Assembly: GCF_036321535.1 (NCBI RefSeq)
Contig: NC_087436.1
Location: 79,610,001 to 79,674,000, forward strand
Length of the DNA: 64,000 nt
Reading direction: 5' to 3'
Source of the DNA: Camelus dromedarius
Taxonomy: Eukaryota
A program made the position numbers and the translations under genes. This document shows, in pieces, positions 1-13,703 of the stretch; position 1 is the first letter of the stretch; each line of letters starts with the position of its first letter. The notes under the pieces were generated by a model that had not been told where the DNA came from, ran no database searches, and saw only the letters and a list, made by a program, of their open reading frames with translations.

Positions 1-100
1 TAATAATATCTACTTTAAAGGACTATTGTGAAGATTGATGAATTTGTGCAAATGAAGCTCTTAGAATTGTGCCTGGTTTATAATAAAAGCTCAAGAAAGT
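1..100 (+). mobile_element. MIR SINE, 3' portion
   Basis: taataatatctac...attgtgaagatt...cttagaattgtgcctgg...gctcaa resembles the MIR 3' half. Confidence 0.65.
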
Positions 101-194
101 TTTTGTTCATTTTGCTTGTTTGTCTGCCTTTTTCCCACCTCCTCCTCTATGCCTTCCCATACATTATTTACTTCAATCACATTACTTGTTATTC

Positions 195-593
195 ATTATA
201 GGCTGAATTGCACCCTTTGTCCCCAAATTCATAGGTTAAAGTTCTAAGCCCCAATACCTCAGAATATGACTGTATTTTAGAGATAAGGCCTTTAAGGTGG
301 TGACTAAGTTAAAATGATTTCTTTATGGTGGGTCTTAATTCAATCTGTCTGGTGTCTTTACAAGAAGAAATTTGGACACACACACACACAGACCGCAGGG
401 ATGCACAGGCACAGAGGAAAGACACTGTGAGATGGGCCATCTGCAGGCCAGGAGAGAGGCCTCAGAAGAAAGTAAACCTGCCAACACCTTGATCTTGGAC
501 TTCTGGCCTCCAGAACTGTGGGAAATAAATTTCTGTTGCTTAAGCCACCCCGTTTGTGGTATTTCATTATGGTACCCCTTGTAAACAAATGCA
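195..593 (+). mobile_element. MaLR solo LTR (MLT1B/C-like)
   Basis: Typical MLT1 motifs: ggctgaattg...ccccaaattcata, gatcttggacttctggcctccagaactgtg...aataaatttctgttg...taagccaccc. Confidence 0.85.
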
Positions 594-844
594 TTCTTCC
601 CAAATATACTCTGTATACTTCTGTTTCCACATCTTTACTTTCTGTTTCCACATCAAGGTGTCCTATGTTCCTCAAATAATCTGTCCTTCAAAGCTGCCTT
701 TTTGTAAAACTTCGTCTAAATCATACTTTCTCTAAAATGCCTTTTCATGTTCCTTCAGTTAGAATTAATTTCTCTTCTCTATACTTTCTTGAGCATACAG
801 CTCGGTCCTCTATTAAAGAATATTCACTTTTGACTTCTATTTTT

Positions 845-950
845 CATGAATTTGTGAGCTCCTGAAGGGTAGGAAATGATGCATTAAAAAATTTTTTTTC
901 AGCCAATCAGTGCTTTGTACACAGTAGACTCTCAATAAACATGTGTTGAC
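845..950 (+). mobile_element. L2 LINE 3' end
   Basis: tgtgagctcctgaagggtagg...acacagtagactctcaataaacatgtgttga. Confidence 0.6.
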
Positions 951-1189
951 TTCAATTGTTTATCCAGGTGCTATGATGGCTAGTGACTGGGAATCTCAAT
1001 TATGCTTTCTCTTTACTCTTTGATAGCAAATTGAGTATGTTCTAAACTGTCGGCTCTGATAGTCATACAGACTAAAGTAAGTCAGGATCAGGGCTCGAAC
1101 ATCTACAGGGAAAACTGCGCTCACCTGGTTGTCTGAGGCTGCTGGAATCATGGAATTTTCCTCAGGTCCTTGCTAAGAGTTATCCATGC

Positions 1190-1365
1190 ACTCACTGACT
1201 CAGTCCTCATGAGATCTAAAAGAGTCAGGCAATATTATGGTGGCAGTACTACAGGTGATAAAACTTAAATATAGGGAAGATTGATAAATATTGCAGAATT
1301 GCACAACTAAGATCTTGTAGAGCCAGAAAAAGAATTGAGAACTTTCTGATTCCAGAGCCCATGCC
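1190..1365 (-). mobile_element. MIR SINE (degraded)
   Basis: tacaggtgataaaact...tgcacaacta...tctgattccagagcccatg resembles antisense MIR core. Confidence 0.5.
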
Positions 1366-2882
1366 AGAAAGGTTGGACCCCTATGAGTCTGTGTTCGAGG
1401 GTTGAATTGTTCCACTTCTGATTTTTATTGCATTTTCTGTAGCTATGATGTTCACATTTGTCCCCAGGGAGCATCAGGGATGCCTCAGTTTCCCTTTTTA
1501 CAGTGGAGAAAAGAAAAAGATGTTTACATGAAGGATGATTAGTGAGAGGGAGGAAACATCTTCAAGTCCAAGGGTCTCTAGCTGCCAGAGGAACATTTGG
1601 CAGAACCATACAGGAAAGAAGTCCTAGTAAGGCAATATTCTATGGGGGATTGCTGCCCATTCTTGACACCTGGAGAATCTTCTCCATTGAGATATGTGTG
1701 CATCACAATGTCTTGAAAGAAGTCTTTTATTAGCAGTTAAACAAAGTTATGTTATGTATGGTAAAAACTCAAAATAGTACAGAATATAATATTATGAAAA
1801 GTATAAGTCCCTCCCCCAGTCCTCCTATTTCTTCTAGAGAGATTATATACATTTGTGAACATTTAAAAGAATAAACAATATACACTATACATGTATTAAT
1901 TTTCTTCTTTGTAATGACCATATACCCTTCTGCTGTGTAACCAGGCAGTGAGCAGCTATTTATCTTTGTGTACTTGTGGGATATGCCTACAGGGTAAATT
2001 TCCCAGAGTAGAATGCTGGGTAGAATGGGTTCTTTATCTTGTGGCTTTATAAAAAAGGCAAACCAGCCTGCTGAGAATGACTAAACTAACACTGTACAAT
2101 GAAAACTACAGGTAATTAAACATATTTATATATAACAATTTACAAAGAATATGTAAGAGTGGTACCCAGAAATACTCCCCATCATTCTTACCACAGAGGT
2201 GATGATAGCTGTTAGCCAGGCCACACTGGATTACTCAAGGCTGTGGCATTTTATGTCAGAGACTGTGAGTGTCTGTGGGTCCCCTGTATGCATTCACTTC
2301 GCTGTTGTTTTAAGAAGGCTGCTTCTGGCAGCAAGAAACTAAACTCTGAGTCTTTGCTTATGCACATAGTCAAAATATGATCTTTAGATATTAGTTACAA
2401 ATTTATTTTTTTCCAGAAAGTTTTACTTCTCTCAAACATGATCTAACAGTAGTCACACTACCTGCCTTACTTGTTAACCCCGGGAAAAGATACAAGATGC
2501 TGTATTTCTCTTCTCTCATCTATTCCTTGTGCTTCTGGATTTTCTTTGGTAGTGTTTTGCAGAGAGCAGTGATGTTGTGAAGGACATTGAGTGTAGCTTT
2601 TTGCAGAGTCCTTTTCTCTTTCAAGTTCAAGTTGAAAAACAAGACCCCATTGTGCAGCCATTACACTTCCTGTGCAATGCCAATAAAACATCCCTTCCTT
2701 TCATCTCACCTCTTGGAAACTTATAGGCATTGCTGTTTGTCAGTGTCATGAGGACTGCAGCATATGCAGCCTATTAGTACTCAGGTGAATCGATTGCAAA
2801 GATGTTATGGAAGTTTGGATCTTAATGGGATACATAGTTGGAACAGAAGTCTTTTATTATTAAGGAACAAAGGAAAAGACAC

Positions 2883-3240
2883 TGGCAGAGGCTGTTGTGT
2901 CTCCCAATTCTTGTTCTCTCTTCCTAATAGAATATACATAATAACAGATGTCTACCTGAGCATATGGCTACCTAGCTAAAGATTATATCCCAACACACTT
3001 TGTAGCTGGTTGTGGCCATGTGACTAACGAAAAATGAGCAGAAGTGCTGGGTGCAATTTCTGCACTGTGCTCTAAAAGGAAAAAAGTAAAACCTACCCAA
3101 AGGAGTGTTTCTGTCTCCTGCTGGCTGGAATTTGAACTCAATGCCGTCTTGGACTAAGAGGTGTTGATGATGGCAGCCTGGAAGATGAAACCAGCTGGGT
3201 CCGTGATGACTGTGGAATTGTACCAGCCCTGAATCTTTTC
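2883..3240 (+). mobile_element. Old MaLR LTR (MLT1H/J-like)
   Basis: tttgtagctggttgtggccatgtgactaa...aatgagcagaagtg, cctgctggctggaat. Confidence 0.6.
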
Positions 3241-3984
3241 AATCCTTTTATCATAACAGAAGTACATACATGCACAGCAGAAGTAAACACATATATACAT
3301 ACACATATATGAATACACAAATCGTAGCTAATAAACTATCCAAACCAGAACAACCAACTTTTTTTATGTGGGGATGTCTAAGATTAAAAATATGTCAACA
3401 TATTTCAATTTGTATTTTCTCCGTTTTTATAATCAACATTGTCTTTTGGCAACCTCATAAAACGTCACATTAGTTAAATGTGGAATGATGAATAGGGATA
3501 GTTAACAAGGCATAAATCAATCAGGTTTTCTGATGAGATCATAAGCTACAGTAACACTATTTTGCAGCAATAAATTCTCAAGTGCTTGAATGTAAACTTG
3601 AAATTTGTAAATGTTTCCAAGCTAAGTATAATTTTACGCTGGATGTAAAAAGAGTATTTGAAGTCAGAGGTTAAAGAGAAATAATACAATAAAAGCAGTA
3701 TCTCTACACTTATTCCTTTCTACCTGAGAACATGTTCCCAAGATCTTTCATCATAAATTTACAAAAAGTTGGACATTATATCGATTTTTTCATAAAATAT
3801 ATCCAACCAATCATTTGTACCAACTTCTGAGAAAATTTTACAAATGACAGGAATGCTTGTTTACCAGTTAATCTTTTATTCCCGGGGAGATGAGGGAAGG
3901 GATGAGTGGAGATGGGTGAGCTACCAGAGATGGAATGGGATTGATGAGCACTGGAGAAGAGGAAAAGCAAATAGCCTGGAATAC

Positions 3985-4145
3985 TCATTAATTCATTTTC
4001 AAATATGTATTCAGTGCTTATTATATTTCATGCAATTGTCTAGGTGCTGAGGGTTCAAAGCCTATATAATATTTCATTTCTCTCCTAAAGATGTTTATAA
4101 TATAGTTGGAGAGGCAAACAAGTAAACTGACTATAAAACAAAATA
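3985..4145 (-). mobile_element. L2 LINE 3' fragment
   Basis: cattaattcatt...aaatatgtattcagtgctta...ctaggtgctgagg, resembling antisense L2 tail. Confidence 0.5.
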
Positions 4146-6051
4146 AAGGCATTGGCTTTTCATTTCATTAATTTTCATTAATTTCTGGAGGCAATTCATG
4201 CTGGGTCATTCAGACTATGGCACATTCAAGTGCAGGACACAGGAACTGGTTCAGGGATGTGCAATTAACTACAGTCATTTAGAGACTTTCTTGAGATTTA
4301 ATGTGTAGAACCTGGGATAAGAGGGTCTCTTTTCATTTGGATCATTAATTTCTATCACTTGCAACCACAAGATTCTTAATATAGTCTGTGTATGAATTTC
4401 CTGGAAGGCTTTAGATATTTTGATAACTAAGAAAAAAGAAGGAATAAGTGGATTTTTTTTGTATGTGTCATATATAACCTATATGATGTCTGCCATCACC
4501 TTTAACCTTTGTTTTCACCCTTCCACACCCCTTACCTTACCCCACACACATACTCACTGCTCTCTAAGCAAGATTTAGTATTTCTTTGCATTCCTCAAGA
4601 TGAAAATGGACTCCATAGGCATCAGTGAGCAATGCAGACTTCCTTGAGGACCTACAGGAGAGAGAGAGGAGAAAGTTCACTACATAACATGCAGCTTTGT
4701 CCTGCAGACGCCCTTCAGTCATCTCTTCCCAAGTCTCTGCGTGGCCCTCTGATGCTGGCCTTCCCTCCATCACTTCATTTCCCCTCATTGTCTCTACATC
4801 TCCCAGTTCTGCTTCTTGAATCCTGGATCTTTCCTACTCCAGAATAATTAAGCTCTGCTCTGGCTCATCCAAACCTACACTTCTCCACTTACCACTCCAT
4901 TCAACAGACAAAAGATACCCTAGGTACTAAAATTTACCTTCCTTAGAATATAGCAGAAAGAACATAAATCACAGAAATGTGGAGTCACTTTAAAAAACTG
5001 ACCAAAAAATATATCTGAATATAGAGATTTAAATTAGGGATGCAAAGTCTTCTTGGATAGGTGTGAGCTGGAGCAGAATGTTTAGGAACAGAAAGATATA
5101 CTTTAATTTGGGAATTTATCTTCCCTGGATATAGTCAAATTGGTGTTTTCATAGAGACTCAGTGTGAATGTGTATTTTTACTATAAAATGTTTGGCCTGA
5201 TAGATACTTTACTGGTAAAGATTTGACTTCAGAGGTGGCTGGCAAAGAAGTTGCCATATCATGCATTCAGCCTCCTGCGTAGAGTTTCCAGCTGAGAAAA
5301 TGGCCATTTGTTACTGTTCTCTGTCTCCGTGCTTCTCCTTTTTCTCCTGTTGCTTTTCCCCAGTTCTAGCCTTTTCCGGACCTAAGGTTCAAGAGGGAGC
5401 TCTTTATGGAGAGCTGGAAAAGCCAAGACGCCCTGGGTCTTTGGTTGGGCATGTTGAACATTTCTTTTTAACGTCAGAATTTTCTGTTCACCTGAAATGA
5501 TGGCTTGGCACGCTCATGGGTATAGTTCAAGGGGAAACAAGGGGAGAATGTAAATGTTTGTAAATTTAGAATTGTTGAGCAATTGTCCACAATTCAGTTT
5601 TCCTGGAACTGGACAAAACATCATTCTAATTCTTTCTCAATATCTGAAGGCTGTTTGCCCCATTTTTATTTTGTATTGCTAGTGGTTTAAGTGTATAGTT
5701 GTAAGGCCTTTAAAGCTATCTGGCAGTTAGACAGAGTATAAATAACCTTTATTGTTATTATCATTGTATGTAGCATTCACTCTGTTTTGCTGCCATTAAT
5801 AAACCATTCAAGCAATGTTGTTGCATTGTATAATATTATCAGAAGACTCCCTGGGGAGACATATAAGTGGGTGTTTAATATTCTGCCTGTTCCTCAGTCC
5901 ATCTCTCCACAGGCAGAGTTGTTAGAGCATGTTCAAAGTTCAATTAAAAAAAAAAGATCTATGAGATCAAAAAACAACACTAAACATGTTACTATGATTC
6001 ATAGACTTGCCTTTGCTTTAGCATTTTTGCTAAATTAGAAGATCATAAATT

Positions 6052-6651
6052 TTTGTTTTGTTACTGCTTTTTTTTTTAATTGAAGTATAGTCAGGTACAA
6101 TGTGTCAATTTCTGGTGTACAGCATAATATCCCAGTCATGCATATATATATATATATATACATATATTCATTTTCATATTCTTTTTCATTAAGTGTTATT
6201 ACAAGATATTGAATATAGTTCCCTGTGCTGTACAGAAGAAATTTGTTTTTTAATCTATTTTTATATATAGAAGTTAATACTTGCAAATCTCAAACTTCCA
6301 AATTTATCCCTTCCCACCCCTTTTCCATTGGTAACCATAGGATTGTTTACTATGTCTGTGAGACTGTTTCTGTTTTTTAGATGAGTTCATTAGTGTTGTT
6401 TTTCTTCTTTTAGATTCCACATATGAGTGCTATAATACAGTATTTTTCTTTCTCTTTCTGGCTTACTTCACTTAGAATGAAGATCTCCAGGTCCATCCAT
6501 GTTGCTGCAAATGACATTATTTTATTCTTTTTTATGGCTGAGTAGTATTCCATTGTATAAATATATAACAGCTTCTTTATACAGTCATCTGTTGATGGAT
6601 ATTTAGGTTGCTTCCATGTCTTGGATGTTATAGTGCTGCTATGAACATTGG
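6052..6651 (-). mobile_element. 5'-truncated L1 (ORF2 end plus 3'UTR)
   Basis: Poly-T tail, tagattccacatatgagt and tccatgttgctgcaaatg motifs. TSD-like gaagatcataaatt (6038-6051) / gaaaatgataaatt (6652-6665), 12/14. Confidence 0.9.
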
Positions 6652-6884
6652 GAAAATGATAAATTAACTAAATTAATATACTCTTGAAATTTTTATTGGT
6701 TGATATTGTCAATTGAACATACAAAATAATTTCCACAGACCTACATATCAGAAGCAATTTTTCAGCAGCTCGGTCAAACTAGTATAGGTGAATGCAGAAG
6801 TCAAGTGAGTTTTCCACTCAAATACTCAATATGGACTAGGTTTTAAGCAGAGATAGCCTATATATATATTTTTTTATTTTTACG

Positions 6885-6986
6885 ATCCAATCACCTTGCA
6901 AAGGCCCCTCCTCCAAAGACCAACATATTGGGGATTAGGTTTCAACATAAGAATTTTGGGGTGACACAAATGTTCAGTCAATGGCA
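6885..6986 (-). mobile_element. MLT1 LTR fragment
   Basis: ccaatcaccttgcaaaggcccctcctccaaa...ggggattaggtttcaacataagaattttggggtgacaca. Confidence 0.75.
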
Positions 6987-7464
6987 GGTGGTTATGGGCA
7001 CGTTTTTTGTCAGGGCTTTATCTCTGTGTTTTTGGATACTCACCACTACCACCATCATCACCAAGTCATCACCAGTATTAACAAACAGGGACCTGCTGAT
7101 ACCTGCACTATGTTTTTTTTTCTTTTTCCCTCGTAATACCTCATCGATGACATACAAAAGCTTAGATTTAGTCCTGAAATTTAAATCCAGTAAGAGTATA
7201 TAGTAGAGTCTGGAACTATTGGCATTTAAGAAGATGTGAAATAGTTCATACAAATGAATTTCATGCAGCCAGGTCCTATTTTGAAATGTAGCCCTGAAGA
7301 TTTCTAGAAAAAGATTGGACCCTCAAGGACCTTCTTAGATTTGAAAGCTAATCATAACAGCATGTTAGGTCCACACAGCTTTAAAATAATTTTATCTTCA
7401 TTGCCTTAGTTCACGATAGCTCTCACCTTCATGTAGAAATCCCTTTAAGCATTTCCTTGGGGCC

Positions 7465-7950
7465 TTATATCAGATTTTTTTGCTGTGTAATAAAGGATCC
7501 CAAAATTTAGTGACTTAAAACAGCAACCATTTAACTCAGGACTCTGTTGTTCAGTAATTTGGGGTGGGATCAGATTAAATGTTTTTCTGCTGATCTTAAC
7601 TGGTCTCACTCACCTATCTGGGGCCTGCTGCTGGTCAGGTACACTGTTTTGTTTCTGAGTTTGGCTGGCTGTGGGGTGGGGCAGCAATGATGACCAGACT
7701 GCAAATCCTTCATCATCTATCAGGCTAGCTGGGCTCTTCCCCATGGTGACTCAGAGTTCTAAGGACAACCAGAAAGAGGAAAAAGGCCACTACACAAGTG
7801 CTTATCAAGTTTCTGCATAAGTCACACTTGCCAATGCCCCTTTGGCCAGAACAAGCCACCTGGCTGAGCCCAATGTTCAAATAGGAGACCTTCACAGTGC
7901 CATGGGGGGTGGGACATGGCTGCAGGAACAGGATTAAATTTGTGGCAGTT
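7465..7950 (-). mobile_element. Old MaLR LTR (MLT1H-K-like)
   Basis: ttgctgtgtaataaa...cccaaaatttagtgacttaaaacagcaaccattt, ttggccagaacaagccacctggctgagccca. Confidence 0.7.
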
Positions 7951-8049
7951 TCACAGTAACAGAGACGGCCTTGCACAGCCAGTTGCTGTAGACATTCATC
8001 AATAGCTATACCAGTCTTTGGGACAGTGTATCATCTTGTCTAGAAAGGG

Positions 8050-8410
8050 AGCGTGATGTTCTGAAAAATCCTTGGCCTTGGATTCCAAAGAACTGCTTTC
8101 TTGTTCTGGCACTACTATGAATTCACTGTGTGACATGGGACAACTCACTAATCTTTGGGTCTCAATTATAAAATTGAGGTCTTGTTTTTAGGACTAAGAT
8201 ATTTTGAGCTTTCAAATAAATGTCTTTTCTTACATGACACTGAAGGATGAAGAAAAAAGTAAAAAAAATCATAGGACCATGGAGCTTATTGAGTCCAACA
8301 CCTTTTCCTTATTAATGGGGAAGATGAGGCCCAGAGAGACTGAATCGAGGCCCTAGAGCAAGCAAGGCTAGAAACTAGGTCTCCCTGGCTCCTAGCCTAC
8401 TGACTTTTTC
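8050..8410. mobile_element. Two MIR-family fragments (about 8050-8190 plus, 8270-8410 minus)
   Basis: ctggcactact...tgtgtgacatgggacaa, and ggggaagatgaggcccagagag...actaggtctcc. Confidence 0.55.
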
Positions 8411-9501
8411 TCTATTCCTGGGTGTTTTGTCAACAAGGAACTTGTGTATTTCTAAGTATGATTAGCAACCCCTCACATAAAATTCAGTTAATTCACTCAA
8501 AATTTTACTTTTTAGTCGAAGTTCTTAGGATTATATAGCTACACAGTCTTCAGAGACATTTATAAGCTTTTCTTGGGCAAGCAAGGTAGTTAGCAATGAC
8601 AGCATTTGAGGCTAATCTTGATGGGATTTACTTAAGAATCTGTTGTCAGCTAACGAGGGGCCACCCTAAAAAAATACATATTGTCATGATAAGTCAAAAA
8701 AATTGGACAGTGCTTTCTGACATTAACTCCCCCCCATTCTGCAAGTTGCTGCTTCTGATCTCTTCTGGGTCAGGCTCAGGGATGGAAGGGACAGGGGACG
8801 AGGAGTTATGTGGCACCAGGAGATCTTTACATAGCAGGTGCACAGTTACTGGTTCTTGTTCTCATGGGGGCCTTTCTGTGTGTTCATCAGGGTCCTGCAC
8901 AGGGCACCTCTGACTACAGGTTCTTACCCCTTTGTCAAAGTCACGTCACACCGTGGGGTGGTCCTCTTTGGTGAGAAGTTCAGCCATCTCCTTGCAGGGA
9001 CCTTTGTCTTTCCCCTTAGCTGCAGTCTAGTCTAGCTGTAGTCTTTCAACTTCAGATTTATTCTCTTGAGAGTCGGGCACCAGTCTCTGTGTCCACCAAA
9101 TTCCTAGAGTCATCGGCCAAGTTTTGGTTGCATCTCTCATTGGGGAAAAAGTCCCCCATGATTCTCCCCCATGAGGTGAGGAGGAGGGACACTGCAGCTC
9201 AGGAACAATATTCTCTAGCATTGACATCTTGTCTCCCCAACATCCTCAACACATATGTGAATTCTTTGTCTTGTCTCATGTAGCTTGACAGTGGGAGCCA
9301 TGCACTACATTTGCATGGTTTCCCAGTTTTTCAGCACAGCCTACACAGATAGTTTAGTTCCTCATTTTAGGATCTGGGTCATTAGGGCACTCACTGTATT
9401 ATTTTCAGCCCCTGGTTCTTGCTCAAAAAAAGTGCATAAAAGCATAACTTTAGTTTCTTCATCTGAAAGATGATAAAGTTGGATTTCTTGATGTTTAGAC
9501 G

Positions 9502-9898
9502 TTGCTATGGACTGAACTGTGTCTCTCCTCATTGACAGCACCTCCAAATTCATAGATTGAAGCCATAACCTCCAATGTGACTGTATTTGGAGATGGGGAT
9601 TTTATGAGGTAATTAAGATTAAATGAATTCCTAAAGATGGGACCCTAATCCTGTAGGACTAGTGGCCTTAAAGAGAGAGAGAGAGAGAGAGAGAGAAAAT
9701 CTCTCCATGCTCAAGCACTGAAAAAAGACCGTATGAAAACACAGCGAGAAAGTGGCTGTAAGCCAGGAAAAGAGCTCTCACCAGAGACAGAACCATGCAG
9801 AACCAAGATCTTGGACTTCCCAGCCTTTAGAACTGTGAGAAAGTAAATTTCTGTTGTTTAAGGTACTTTGTTACAGCATCCCAAGCAGCCTAATGCAG
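9502..9898 (+). mobile_element. MaLR solo LTR (MLT1A-like) with internal (GA)n
   Basis: tgctatggactgaactgtgtc...aatgtgactgtatttggagat...gatcttggacttcccagcctttagaactgtgagaaa. Confidence 0.85.
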
Positions 9899-10649
9899 AC
9901 ACCTTCACTCCTAAAATTCTGAACAAAACCTTCCAAACTGCTCGTGGCCTCTGAATGTTCCCATGTCTCTAGAAAAGAGCTCACCTCACTCCTCCAATGG
10001 CATTTAGACCCAGGGAGCCTCTCCTTCACTGCTGAGGCTGTTGCTCTGCCTTTACCCATAATCTCTAAGCTGAAATCTTAGCCGTGGCACTCACGCTGTT
10101 AATGTTATCTCAACAACAAACAAGCTCATCCCCCCAGCTTCTCATTTTCTCAGATTTCTAGGGCTTGGCTATCTCATGTACTGATTTCCTCATCCATGAC
10201 ATCAATAGTATAGCAATTTCCTGTAAACTATGGTTTGATCATACTGAAATATATTAACTGCGGTGAGCAATGGAATTGCCGACGCTGTTATTGTGTGAGC
10301 CACAGTTTGGAAACAGTGACAACAATGAGAGATTACACTCATGGCTTGAAATTTGTGATCTTCTCTGAACCCAGGAAAAGGGCATTTATTTGGAAGGAGG
10401 AAGTGGAGGATGAAGAACAGTTATTTTAAAATCATCTTAGCTGCATATTAAAGTTGTCTCTTAGTATCAGAATCATGCTTGCATCCACAGCAACAGCTTG
10501 GGAGTATGGAAAACAGAAAACTAAGTTTCTCTCAACTCCCATAGTACCTTTTGTTGATACTAAACTTTGGTACTTAAATTTTAAGTTCCTTGGATATACA
10601 GAATGTGTTTTATTATCCATGAATCTTTGAAAGCTCCTTACTGAGTCCC

Positions 10650-10732
10650 TAGCAGGAAAATAATCCAGATACAATTTGCGCACAGTGCCTACCTCATAAT
10701 AAGCACTCAATAAACGTTAGCTGTTATTATTA
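10650..10732 (+). mobile_element. MIR 3' end
   Basis: cacagtgcct...cataataagcactcaataaacgttagctgttattatt. Confidence 0.6.
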
Positions 10733-11680
10733 ATCCAAAGAAGGTGCTCATTAGTGGCTGATGGATTGATTTCTCTTTTGTAACTATCCTCTGCTTCTTC
10801 CATTCTATGGAAAGTTACATGAACCTGTAAAACCTTATCCTATTTTATATTAGGGTTAGGGATCAAAAAATCATTGGGGAAATATAATTGTTCTTTGACC
10901 TATATCTTCAATTAATATTCAGTAGTTCTGAGTGTGTTTTGTACATATGTTTGTGTACACCAAAATTTAATCACACAGAAGGACAAGTAGAGGTTGCTTT
11001 GCTTGAAATTACTCTCTTAAATGATTCCAAGTAATGCTTGAGTCCTGTTTAAAAAAACTGCCAAGTCTTCTTGCATCAAAGTCCCAATTTGCATATCACT
11101 TTACATATTGAGTCCCAAAGGTTTCCATTCAAAGGATGGAAAATAAAATTAAACGAATCAATTAGTGTATCTTACTGCAATTGTATTCAAACCCAATACT
11201 AAGGGTATTACATACAAATTACATAACAGATTTAGAAAGCAATTCATTTTAATCACATTTTAGATTAGGAGGAACAGGAATCCAGTCAACAGCAGGAGAG
11301 AAACGCCAGTCAGCTGTTGTGCTCGGGGACAAGGGAGGAGAGTTCTCCCCTGTCCTGGCTGGAATGGCTCCGGCCTCGCCAGAACTGGCTCGGCGCTGCA
11401 ACCCCACGCCAGCCTGGGGTTTCCAGGAGGGGCCTTGATCATTCATAAGAGACGTTTCTATCGAGTCTGTTGCTGTTTTGACCATTTGATATCTGGTAAT
11501 GTTAGAATTTTAAACTTGGTGCTGAATAGCCTCTAATTTTGTACAATATTCTTGTGCTGGGGAGACTTTTAGAATGTTTACTGCTCTGTGCATAACCCCA
11601 GCCCCTCCAGCCGGTTAAAAAAGTTCCTTGCTCCTTATTCTCTGAGGCTCTTCCACCCGGCACAGTGCAGGCATCTAGAC

Positions 11681-12148
11681 CTGCACGTGCAGTAGAGGAT
11701 GCCCCCCACCCCAGCACGTGACTAGTGTGACTAAAGAACTGAATGCAAGAATTTATTTCATTTAAATTAACTTAAATGAAAAAAACTGATACTGAATTCA
11801 GTTATCGGAAGATTTTTGATTATGTTTGGGCCAACTTGGATATGTGTATCTACTTTTCGACTCTACATTATATGAAATTTAAAAACCAGTCAAGTACTTA
11901 GCATCTGAAATTATATGTGTTGTAAAAGACAACTCAGATTTCTTAGTAGGAAAAAGAGGATTAAAAGTATCTCATTAATCATTTTTATGTTGATTGCATA
12001 TTGAAATGATAACATTTTGGATATATTTCATTAAACAAATTACATTATTAAAATTAACTTGATCTCTTTCTTTTTACTTTTTTAACGTGGCCATTAGAAA
12101 ATTTAAAATTACATTGGTGCCTTGTTTTGTTTCTACTGGACAGCGCTG
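11681..12148. mobile_element. hAT Charlie1-family non-autonomous DNA transposon (MER3-like left part, MER33-like right end)
   Basis: Right terminus ctactggacagcgctg and degenerate left terminus ctgcacgtgcagtaga. 8-bp TSD atctagac (11673-11680) / agctagac (12149-12156), close to the NTCTAGAN hAT target. Confidence 0.8.
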
Positions 12149-12238
12149 AGCTAGACAGTATAAAACCAGAGAACAAATGTGCTAAATATTTGTTTTTTAA
12201 ATATAAATGCCACAGTTCACTAATAAGGTAGGATATTT

Positions 12239-12403
12239 TATTATTATTATTATTATTATTAATTATTATTTTATTATTATTTTTTGAGGGGTAGGTAGTT
12301 AGGTTTACTTATTTATTTATATTTAGAGGAGGTTCTGGGGATTGAACCCAGGACATTCTGTGTGCTAAGCATGTGCTCTGCCATTTGAGCTATACCCTCC
12401 CCC
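12239..12403 (-). mobile_element. tRNA-derived SINE (camelid Vic-1-like)
   Basis: Minus strand ggggagggtatagctcaaatgg (A box)...gggttcaatcccc (B box), (TAA)n tail. TSD aggtaggatattt (12226-12238) / aggtaagatattt (12405-12417). Confidence 0.85.
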
Positions 12404-13213
12404 TAGGTAAGATATTTAGAAGAATACATGTTTTCTTTCTTTCTGCTCCCTTCAGGCAAGATAAAGATTTCTCAGCTGGAGAGATTGAGAGGGAGGTGCC
12501 TGATGAAAAGGAGAAGATGGCATCTAAAAACTCTTCATTGTCCCTCTGGGAGTCACAGTCTACTGCCTGAGTTGAGGACCCATGTGAGCTATCCTCTTGG
12601 CCGGGTGGTGCAGATTAGGTACCATTCATAGCCAGCACCCTGCAGCAAGTTGGCCTGTGCCCCAGGACGTTGCTCAGCCCTCACCCAGCCCCCTCTGTGG
12701 GGCAACTCCACCTTCCACCTGAACTCCCTCTTTCCTCAATGCCCTCTTAATGCCCTTGGCTACCTATAAATGGAGAATGCAGCACTAGGCACCTGGAGAA
12801 GTGGTGATAGTGTGCAAATGAAAGTCATTGCTCCTAAGGGGGAACAAGCCAGACCAGCTCAAGATCTGCCCAGGTCTGGACAGAAGTGAGAGACAGCCTT
12901 CATCCCCTACTCACTCACCTATTTCATCTTTTATAAGAGTATGTGGTCTTTTGAGATTTCAATATGGCTGTACATTGTGTTTCTATTTTTCACATTACTT
13001 ACTGAATTTCAGGGCACTTTTTGCCTTGTGGCTCATGATTCACACTTTGTTTCCCTCTCTGCTTCCCAGGTTAGGTTATGTGTCATTTCTATGGGTTCAC
13101 ACAGTGGGGCAGATTGTATTGCCCCAAATGGCTACCGCAGTATTTCCAGTGCCACATGCTCTTCACAACCTTGCCACTGTCATCAGTAAGTGGAGTCTAT
13201 TTCCCTTTCCTTG

Positions 13214-13703
13214 TGTTACCAACTGTCCTGAGTTGGACTCCAACAAAGGTCCTGCCCAGTGTTGTGTGAGCCAATAGAACGAGGCCGAGCTGGGTTCAGA
13301 AGCAAAGGAAAGTTTTATTCTTTGATCAGAGAATGAAGAGGTGTGAGCTCACACTCTCAAGCACACGCTCTCCCCTGCGGGCCGTGGGTGGGGCTGCTTT
13401 ACAGGGATCTGTTCCAGGAGGGGGCAGAGTTCTCACAAGTCTGTGCGCATGCGTGCTGCTTGGGCTCCAGCTGGTAGCGCGGCGCGCAGCGGCTCTGCAC
13501 ACGGTGAAGCCGGCTGTGGCGTCAGGCGCAGCTGTTTCTCACTAGAAACTGAAGGGCCGGGCTCAAGGCGCCTGTACGCGGCGCCCTGGGAGCAAGTGAA
13601 ACTGGACGAAGCACAAGGGACCCCAAAAAAGGTCAGACTTTATTTTATTACTCAGATTCTATTCTTATTTCCTGGGAGTTGTTAGCGGGCCTTGCCAGTG
13701 ACG
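13214..13703 (-). repeat. ERV 3' LTR (490 bp)
   Basis: Direct repeat of 16779-17292 (tgttacc...gggttcagaagcaaaggaaag...gccagtgac). Minus-strand AATAAA near 13314-13319. Confidence 0.9.

Noticed and set aside
12340..12403. tRNA gene (also near 32050 and 55350)
   Set aside because: A/B boxes are followed by a non-tRNA body, A-rich tail and TSDs, so these are SINEs.
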